Shown here in pieces: positions 18,222 through 24,047 of a stretch of DNA of 32,000 nt. The notes beneath the pieces were generated by a model. It saw nothing but the letters and a program-made list of their open reading frames with translations, made no database searches and had not been told where the DNA came from. The first letter of the stretch is position 1; each line of letters begins with the position of its first letter. Source of the stretch: Thermofilum adornatum (GTDB taxonomy: Archaea; Thermoproteota; Thermoprotei; Thermofilales; Thermofilaceae). A program made the position numbers and the translations under genes. The DNA lies in the NCBI RefSeq assembly GCF_000446015.1, contig NC_022093.1, positions 1,050,001 through 1,082,000 of the forward strand, given 5' to 3'.

Positions 18222-18524
18222 TTATACTTCCGCGACACTACTTTCGAGGTTTCCGGCTCCTTTAAACTCCTCTTTTATAGTCAGAAATACTTCACTGTTT
18301 ACAAACAGTTCCAGCCTCTTCGACCTTCGTTGCTCCAATATCAGGCCTACCCTCTCTAAAATGACGAGGTGGCCAGACAAAGAGCCAACACTTATGCCTA
18401 GCCCCCTGGAAAGTTGCCTAACAGAGGATCCTGGATTTTCGAGCAGATATGCTATGATTTTTCTACGCAGTGGATGCTTAAGAGCCTCACGAATCGTTAG
18501 CACTTTGGGCGGCATTTTATGCAC
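18222..18524 (-). CDS. ArsR-family winged-helix transcriptional regulator
   Basis: 100 aa. LKHPLRRKIIAYLLENPGSSVRQLSRGLGISVGSLSGHLVILERVGLI is a typical ArsR/SmtB HTH. It lies 21-78 bp upstream of pncB on the same strand. Confidence 0.8.
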   Translation of the reverse strand: MHKMPPKVLTIREALKHPLRRKIIAYLLENPGSSVRQLSRGLGISVGSLSGHLVILERVGLILEQRRSKRLELFVNSEVFLTIKEEFKGAGNLESSVAEV

Positions 18525-18583
18525 CTTGATACACGTTTAAGACTTGGGGCTCGATAAATAATTTTTCCTAAGAATCAAAACAG

Positions 18584-18660
18584 TGGTGCGGCCGCCGGGA
18601 TTTGAACCCGGGTTCTGCGGCGTGGCAGGCCGCCATCCTACCAGACTAGACTACGGCCGC
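18584..18660 (-). tRNA. tRNA-Gly (anticodon GCC), CCA encoded, no intron
   Basis: Hand-folded cloverleaf on the minus strand. Acceptor GCGGCCG/CGGCCGC. D arm GTCT-AGTCTGGTA-GGAT. Anticodon stem GCGGC/GCCGC with loop CTGCCAC. T arm CCGGG-TTCAAAT-CCCGG. Discriminator A followed by CCA. Total 77 nt. Confidence 0.93.
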
Positions 18661-18727
18661 CACAATGACCAAAATAAAAGAAAACAGGCGTCTTAAAAAG
18701 CTTTCCATGGTTTTTCAAGCAGTTCTG

Positions 18728-19471
18728 CTACTTTGTAGTTGCACCATATGTTTTTAAGAGGTTAGCCAGCTTGCTTGGTTCAGAGGCATACAGCCTTATA
18801 CGTTGCTTCACTGTAGAGCCCATAACCTGTTGGACTGTTTCAAGTTCTACGAACTTTCTCCGGGAATCAACAACTATGTTGCCTTTTAATGGAAACTTTA
18901 TAGGCATTCGTTCATCAACTATTACACCCTTTGATGTAACAACATAGTTTGTAGCTATGACAAGTGTCCCAGTCTTCGCCTGTAGCCGTCTCGTATAAAG
19001 TCCACTTATTAGAGAAATAACATAGAAGAATCCATACAGAAAGAGGTATTCAAAGAAACTAGCCATTTTCGTGTCTACAGGCGCAAACATTCTGCCTGCC
19101 TGGAAAAAGAAATCCCTTACCTGTGGAATATAGAAAACAAATATAAAAACAAGGAGTGAAAAGAATGGTACAAGGGTAGCTTTAAACTGTCCCATCAATT
19201 CCGGCTGTGTATTCTGGAGGTCTCTCTCTCTAAGCTTCACGACTTCTTCCATGTTAGATTTGTAAAGCGTCTCTCCCTTCTTAATCTCGTCGAGGTCTTT
19301 GAGAAGCGTCTGTGTCTGCTTTCCCATCAAAACAAACATTATAGACATCAAAGCAATGAAGTACAGCAAAAAGATCCATGAAGTATACTGGGGAAAATTA
19401 GCATTCAGAAAAGCAAAAACAACCAGCAATACAAGTCCAATCAAGTATTGAAGTAGCAACGCCCTATTCAT
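18728..19471 (-). CDS. Hypothetical integral membrane protein (about 4 TM) with C-terminal soluble beta-rich domain
   Basis: Hydrophobic helices (LLLQYLIGLVLLVVFAF, WIFLLYFIALMSIMFVL, LVPFFSLLVFIFVFY, FEYLFLYGFFYVISLI) followed by YVVTSKGVIVDERMPIKFPLKGNIVVD..., possibly a membrane-flanked PH-like domain. ATG 19471 preferred over TTG 19501. Confidence 0.6.
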   Translation of the reverse strand: MNRALLLQYLIGLVLLVVFAFLNANFPQYTSWIFLLYFIALMSIMFVLMGKQTQTLLKDLDEIKKGETLYKSNMEEVVKLRERDLQNTQPELMGQFKATLVPFFSLLVFIFVFYIPQVRDFFFQAGRMFAPVDTKMASFFEYLFLYGFFYVISLISGLYTRRLQAKTGTLVIATNYVVTSKGVIVDERMPIKFPLKGNIVVDSRRKFVELETVQQVMGSTVKQRIRLYASEPSKLANLLKTYGATTK

Positions 19472-19633
19472 ACCCACTCCTCTGCATAAACCAAAAGACA
19501 ACTTATAAATCCACCGATGTTTTCCCCTTAAGAAAGTCCACAGTCTTCTTCTTATGTATCTATGCCAGATAATACTTGATGTATGGTTTCCAATTCTAAT
19601 GTATTTATTGCATAACGATTGGGCCTAGCTTCC

Positions 19634-19975
19634 CTATGCTATTTCACTTAGAAAGAGCCTTGCAACAAAAGAATATTCTTCCTCGAATTTTTCGTCTAAG
19701 TCTCCGGCGAATATCACTAATGCATCATCAGCTCTAAAAACAAAGATTACTTCGTTAGAAGGCTTGACAAAGAAGCTCTGGTTCTCTTGGCCCAAAAGAT
19801 AGAGTAATGTTTTCACTTTGTATACCAGTTCCTCGGCGTTAAAGTCCCGGGGATACTTGTACTTTATTTCATCATTTTTTGCAATCACAATACTATTTAC
19901 ACCCATTTTCATCAGCTTTTCTCGGAGACTGTCGGCATCCACTACAAATTCCTCTACAATTTCTGGGGCACTCAC
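19634..19975 (-). CDS. Hypothetical small cytoplasmic protein (possible Roadblock/LC7-like fold)
   Basis: 113-aa ORF with GTG start. An alpha-beta pattern (…NSIVIAKNDEI…, …EVIFVFRADDALVIFAGDLD…) loosely resembles Roadblock/MglB proteins. TATA-like ctttatag on the minus strand lies ~25-30 nt upstream. Confidence 0.5.
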   Translation of the reverse strand: MSAPEIVEEFVVDADSLREKLMKMGVNSIVIAKNDEIKYKYPRDFNAEELVYKVKTLLYLLGQENQSFFVKPSNEVIFVFRADDALVIFAGDLDEKFEEEYSFVARLFLSEIA

Positions 19976-20033
19976 TTGTCTGTAATCGTTTTAAAGCCCT
20001 ATAAAGTTTCTCATTTGTATCCCCAAAGATAAG

Positions 20034-20041
20034 TTTTAATA
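20034..20041 (+). promoter_or_regulatory. TATA-like box upstream of the acidic micro-ORF
   Basis: TTTTAATA lies ~21 nt upstream of ATG 20062 and ~31 nt upstream of ATG 20072, in a 96-bp divergent intergenic region. Confidence 0.3.
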
Positions 20042-20071
20042 CATGTTTTTTACAGACCAAAATGAAAGACT

Positions 20072-20239
20072 ATGAAAAAAACAGCCTGGCTAGAAGAAGA
20101 GGAAGAATTCCCTGAAGAAGAGGAGGAATGGGAAGAAGAAGAGGAGGAAGAGTGGGAGGAATTCGAGGAAGAGGAAGAAGAATTCCCCGAAGAGGAGGAA
20201 GAGTGGGAAGAAGAGGAGGAAGAAGAGGAGGAATTCTAA
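20072..20239 (+). CDS. Candidate micro-protein, 55 aa, poly-Glu with periodic Trp/Phe (below the ORF-track cut-off)
   Basis: ATG 20072 to TAA 20237-20239 is uninterrupted: MKKTAWLEEEEEFPEEEEEWEEEEEEEWEEFEEEEEEFPEEEEEWEEEEEEEEEF. An upstream TATA-like box and a downstream T5 run are present. An alternative Arg/Gly-rich frame (20128-20265) is also open, so coding status and frame are unproven. Confidence 0.4.
   Translation: MKKTAWLEEEEEFPEEEEEWEEEEEEEWEEFEEEEEEFPEEEEEWEEEEEEEEEF
20093..20236. repeat. Homopurine GAA/GAG (GAR) low-complexity tract with imperfect ~75-nt internal duplication
   Basis: The + strand is almost exclusively G/A triplets, interrupted by TGG, TTC and CCN. The block gaagaRgaRgaagaattccc(t/c)gaagaRgaggaRgaRtgg occurs twice (~20093-20131 and ~20168-20206). 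Confidence 0.8.
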
Positions 20240-20480
20240 AGGCTCAAAACAAATTTGCTAAATAAGCATTATTTATACCGTTTTTCTCCCCGTAATACCT
20301 TTTACAGCACAGCTTCTGTTTTTACATTTCTCCAATAGACTCCTATGAGTCTACAGCTTTCTGTAAAGAATTTTTTTACACTTGTTGAGTAAAGCTTATA
20401 AAAAGATGCAAATAAGGACAATGGTCTATAAAAGCTTTATGCTTAAATATTACTTTGCACTATTTATTAACGGCGAGAAA

Positions 20481-21740
20481 ATGACATACGAAAACGACCC
20501 TGTATACCAAATGGCTGTACAACAGCTGAAGCAAAGCGCCAAGATCCTCAACCTACCGGACGATGTTGTCGAGGTTCTTAGGCACCCAGAAAGGTTATTA
20601 CACGTAAAGATACCAGTAAAACTAGACAACGGTAAAATAGCTGTATTCCACGGCTGGAGAAGCCAGCACAACAGTGCTTTAGGGCCCTACAAAGGTGGAA
20701 TAAGGTACCACGAGAACGTTACAGAAGGCGAGGTTGTCGCGTTGTCAATGTGGATGACGTGGAAGAACTCTCTTGCAGGCATACCTTACGGTGGTGGCAA
20801 GGGAGGAGTAAAGGTTAATCCAAAGGAGCTTTCCCCAAGAGAACTCGAAGAGCTTTCTCGAAAGTATTTCGCGGCCTTGTCGAGGATTGTTGGAGAAGAC
20901 GTGGATATACCAGCACCAGATGTGTACACGAATCCACAAACCATGGCATGGTACATGGACGAGTACAGCAAGATAGTCGGCTACAATGCGTGGGGAGTGG
21001 TGACAGCCAAGCCAAAGGAAATCGGTGGACTATACGCAAGAGTCGTAAGCACAGGGCTAGGCGTCGCAATCGTTGCTAGAGAAGCGGCTAAAAAGGTCTG
21101 GGGAGGCGTAGAAAACAAAACTGTAGCTGTCCAAGGTTTCGGAAACGTAGGAATCTATGCTGCAAAATACCTCAGTGAATGGGGAGCAAAGGTTGTAGCA
21201 GTCACAGACAGTAAGGGTGGCATATACAACCCCAACGGAATAAACGTTGAAGAACTTATCAAGATCAAGGAGCAAACAGGTAGCGTCACAAACTACAAGG
21301 ACTACAAGAAAAAGATTACCAATGAAGAAATACTCGAGCTGGACGTAGACATACTTGTCCCAGCAGCCGTCGAAAACGTCATAACAAAGGACAATGCACC
21401 CAGAATAAAAGCCAAAATCATAAGCGAAGGCGCAAATGGTCCAACAACCCCCGAGGCAGACGAGATACTAAGGAAGAAAGACGCAATCGTAATCCCAGAT
21501 ATCCTTGCAAACGCTGGAGGCGTAGTCATGTCCTGGATAGAGTGGGCAAACAACAGGATGGGCAACTGGCTCACTGAGGAAGAGGCGCTTTCAAGGCTAG
21601 AAAAGAAAATGGTCGAGAACTTCGGTAGCGTCTACAACGAGTGGCAGAAAAGATTCCACGAGTATCCAATGAGAATTGCGGCATATGCGATCGCAGTAGA
21701 AAGAGTAGTAACGGCAATGAAGCTCAGGGGCTGGATCTAA
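20481..21740 (+). CDS. gdhA: Glutamate dehydrogenase
   Basis: GPYKGGIRYH, the catalytic-Lys region PYGGGKGGV, and the Rossmann motif VQGFGNVG. 419 aa from ATG 20481. The 33-codon upstream extension in the track is A/T-rich promoter-like sequence containing cttaaatatt ~30 nt upstream of 20481. Confidence 0.93.
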   Translation: MTYENDPVYQMAVQQLKQSAKILNLPDDVVEVLRHPERLLHVKIPVKLDNGKIAVFHGWRSQHNSALGPYKGGIRYHENVTEGEVVALSMWMTWKNSLAGIPYGGGKGGVKVNPKELSPRELEELSRKYFAALSRIVGEDVDIPAPDVYTNPQTMAWYMDEYSKIVGYNAWGVVTAKPKEIGGLYARVVSTGLGVAIVAREAAKKVWGGVENKTVAVQGFGNVGIYAAKYLSEWGAKVVAVTDSKGGIYNPNGINVEELIKIKEQTGSVTNYKDYKKKITNEEILELDVDILVPAAVENVITKDNAPRIKAKIISEGANGPTTPEADEILRKKDAIVIPDILANAGGVVMSWIEWANNRMGNWLTEEEALSRLEKKMVENFGSVYNEWQKRFHEYPMRIAAYAIAVERVVTAMKLRGWI

Positions 21741-21744
21741 AAAA

Positions 21745-22326
21745 TTATTTGGTCTTTTTCTTTCTTTTCCTTTTTTCATTTCTTCTCCTAACCAAGTAAA
21801 CCCCTAGAAATATCAAGGCCAAGACAATCGTTGCTGTCACGATAAGGTTCGTTATTGGAAGCTGTGTACTGACGCTCGGGCTATTGGTAGCGAGCTGAAC
21901 ATCAATGCTTGCCATAACTGGGTCACAGTTGTCCGACAATGCTGTCACAATTATGGAACCTATGGTGCCGTTACAGCGAACAATCACTGAAAGAGTTTTC
22001 GTATAACGAACAGGCATGTTGCCCAGAAAGAATGTGAGATTCCTACCCCATCTCTCTCCATCCGTGGATAGAAGTGAACAACCAGTGGCTGAGAGGCTCA
22101 CATAGGTGTTCTCAGCAACCCCTGGACCAAGGTTAGCTACAAAAATAGAGACAACACCAACATTGCTTGTCAAGTTCAGCTTCTGCGGGGATACAGTCAC
22201 CCAGAGTTGTGTATATCCTTGAAGATTGGTGTCGCCCTTATGAGTTTGGACATTTACATTGGCCAATACAAAACCCCCAAGTAAAAGGAACATCAAGACG
22301 ATACCCAACCAGAGGTGCCGGTGCAC
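21745..22326 (-). CDS. Hypothetical surface/secreted protein with N-terminal signal/TM, CARDB-like beta domain, C-terminal TM anchor and Lys/Arg tail
   Basis: N-terminus HLWLGIVLMFLLLGGFVLA. The middle VGVVSIFVANLGPGVAENTYVSLS resembles the CARDB NxGxxxA pattern. N-x-S/T sequons (NLT, NLT, NGT). C-terminus LIVTATIVLALIFLGVYLV followed by RRRNEKRKRKKKTK. GTG start. Confidence 0.6.
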   Translation of the reverse strand: MHRHLWLGIVLMFLLLGGFVLANVNVQTHKGDTNLQGYTQLWVTVSPQKLNLTSNVGVVSIFVANLGPGVAENTYVSLSATGCSLLSTDGERWGRNLTFFLGNMPVRYTKTLSVIVRCNGTIGSIIVTALSDNCDPVMASIDVQLATNSPSVSTQLPITNLIVTATIVLALIFLGVYLVRRRNEKRKRKKKTK

Positions 22327-22366
22327 AGGCTAAAAAAGCTCAATAATATTTAAAACATTTATGTAG

Positions 22367-22825
22367 CTAGCATCTACCCAAGCATTTAACGTACAGAGTA
22401 GTGTCATCGTAAATCTGTATTAGAAGGTCTTCTACCTCTTTACCTTCACCGTTATAGACGCGCCATTCTCCACTACAGTCTTCGCCGACTATTCCAATAA
22501 TTTTTACCGCCGATCCGTTACTCCTAACAACTACTGGGTAATGCCTGGAAATAACCGATAAAACAGTCACGCCCCCAACATAAACTTCCCTGAAACATGA
22601 GAAACCGGAAGCATTTACACAAAGAGTCACATGGATAGGCTTATACATAGCTGATGAATTAAGGTTATCCATAGCGTCGACCTTTTTTATTTGCCCAGCC
22701 AGGTAATCCAGAGTTCTAGAGGTATCCTGAAGCAGGAGCACAACCCTAACAGCCAGAAAAATAGAGACCAGTGCCAAGCCAAGGCTCAGAAAAACTAAGA
22801 CCATGTGGATACTATCCCTATTCAT
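22367..22825 (-). CDS. Hypothetical membrane-anchored extracytoplasmic protein
   Basis: N-terminal TM helix (MVLVFLSLGLALVSIFLAVRVVLLL) followed by a beta-rich domain with sequons (NSS, NAS, NGS) and 5 Cys. ATG 22825 preferred over TTG 22849. Confidence 0.55.
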   Translation of the reverse strand: MNRDSIHMVLVFLSLGLALVSIFLAVRVVLLLQDTSRTLDYLAGQIKKVDAMDNLNSSAMYKPIHVTLCVNASGFSCFREVYVGGVTVLSVISRHYPVVVRSNGSAVKIIGIVGEDCSGEWRVYNGEGKEVEDLLIQIYDDTTLYVKCLGRC

Positions 22826-22861
22826 TACTCTCCCCCAGCAAAGCGACAATTACAAGGTAAG

Positions 22862-22919
22862 GGGTCAGGCGCGATGGCACGGCCACATGTAAATGCCCTC
22901 TTTTAACCATCATCATCCC
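22862..22919 (-). ncRNA. Candidate C/D-box sRNA (2'-O-methylation guide)
   Basis: Minus strand reads GGG-ATGATGA-(41 nt)-CTGA-CCC. It has a perfect C box, a perfect D box, a 3-bp terminal stem and a length of ~58 nt. It sits in a GC-rich island within an A/T-rich 200-bp intergenic region. The internal C'/D' boxes are not convincing. Confidence 0.35.
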
Positions 22920-23051
22920 ACGCATAGTATTTCCGTTCAGAGTAATTGAATTTTTCTTTAATCTCTTCTCTATTATTACAAAACAAAAAGTAATTCCTGA
23001 AGTTACACAAAAGACAAAAATAACTTCCAATAGACATCTACATCGAGCAAA

Positions 23052-24011
23052 ATGAAATATGCTGTAGCAGTAGATATAGGGGCCACCCAGACACGCGTCG
23101 CCCTCGGAAACGAGGAAGGAGAAATATTGGAAATCGAAGTCTTCCCAACGAGAAGCTTTTCCAACCCAGACCAATACCTAGAACACATAGCAAGACTAGC
23201 AAAAACCTTTACACAAAAACACAATGTAGACATAGTAGGCATAGGCGTAGGATCCCCGGGACCCATAGACATGGAAAAAGGAGAAGTCATAAAAAGCGTA
23301 AATCTACCCTTCCAGAGGCTCGAAATAGTCCGCGTCCTCAAAAACCTAACCGGCAAAAAGATAGCATTTACAAATGACGCAGTCACAGCCGCTGTGGGCG
23401 AAAAATTCTTCGGAGCTGGAAGAGGCCACCGAAACCTCGTTTATGTAACGATAAGCACGGGCATAGGGGGAGGAGTATACGTCGACGACACACTATTGCT
23501 AGGCAAACAGGGAAACGCACATGAAATAGGACACATAGTAGTAGACTCAAACGAAGAAATAACCTGTGGCTGTGGAAAAAAGGGACACTGGGAAGCATAC
23601 TGCTCCGGCACCGGTATACCAAAATACGCAAAGCTACTTTCAAAGAGACATCCTGATCTATGGAACCAAAGCATCCTCAGAGACAAGGAAACACTAGCAG
23701 CCAAAGACATCTTCGATGCGTATAGAAACAGCGATAGCTTTGCCAGGCTCGTGATACAAGGAGTAAAAAGATACAATGCTTACGGCTTCGCTGCAATAAC
23801 CAACGCGTATGACCCAGAAATAATAACCATCGGCGGCTCAGTCGCGCTAAACAACTCAGACATACTACTCGCAAACATAGAGAAAGAAGTAGAAAACTAC
23901 ACAGTAAACACGGTGCCAAAAATAATTCTAACACCCCTAGGAGACAAAATAGGCATAATGGGAGCCCTAGCACTAGGGCTAGGAAAAGAACCAAAGGTTC
24001 CACTAAGATGA
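23052..24011 (+). CDS. ROK-family sugar kinase (probable ATP-dependent glucokinase/hexokinase)
   Basis: N-terminal AVDIGATQTRVAL (ATP-binding), GIGGGVY, and the ROK zinc motif GHIVVD...CGCGKKGHWEAYCSG. Confidence 0.88.
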   Translation: MKYAVAVDIGATQTRVALGNEEGEILEIEVFPTRSFSNPDQYLEHIARLAKTFTQKHNVDIVGIGVGSPGPIDMEKGEVIKSVNLPFQRLEIVRVLKNLTGKKIAFTNDAVTAAVGEKFFGAGRGHRNLVYVTISTGIGGGVYVDDTLLLGKQGNAHEIGHIVVDSNEEITCGCGKKGHWEAYCSGTGIPKYAKLLSKRHPDLWNQSILRDKETLAAKDIFDAYRNSDSFARLVIQGVKRYNAYGFAAITNAYDPEIITIGGSVALNNSDILLANIEKEVENYTVNTVPKIILTPLGDKIGIMGALALGLGKEPKVPLR

Positions 24012-24047
24012 CATCTATCGACAGAAAAATACCTGGTTTTTATTCTC

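Noticed and set aside
18208-18540. 110-aa + strand ORF overlapping the ArsR gene
   Set aside because: It is antisense to an ORF with a clear winged-HTH motif. The Ser/Leu-rich product has no motifs.
20093-20236. GAR tract as a CRISPR-like or minisatellite array; four EcoRI sites (GAATTC at 20105, 20159, 20180, 20231)
   Set aside because: There is no repeat-spacer organisation, only triplet low complexity. The GAATTC sites are simply Glu-Phe codon pairs (GAA TTC) in the open frame.
18525-20300. Integrated mobile element or genomic island at tRNA-Gly
   Set aside because: I found no integrase, transposase or viral gene and no second copy of the tRNA 3' segment (ttcaaatccc / gggatttgaa) elsewhere in the window. 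The A/T-richness alone is insufficient evidence.
20382-20480. 33-codon N-terminal extension of gdhA given in the ORF track (start at 20382)
   Set aside because: The extension is A/T-rich and contains TATA-like sequences (ttataaaa, cttaaatatt). It has no counterpart in GDH N-termini. ATG 20481 gives the canonical ~419-aa enzyme.
22818-23386. 118-aa and 127-aa minus-strand ORFs spanning the intergenic region and the ROK gene start
   Set aside because: They run through an A/T-rich promoter region and overlap both the ROK start and the upstream gene. No motifs are present. The region is better explained by promoters plus the candidate sRNA.
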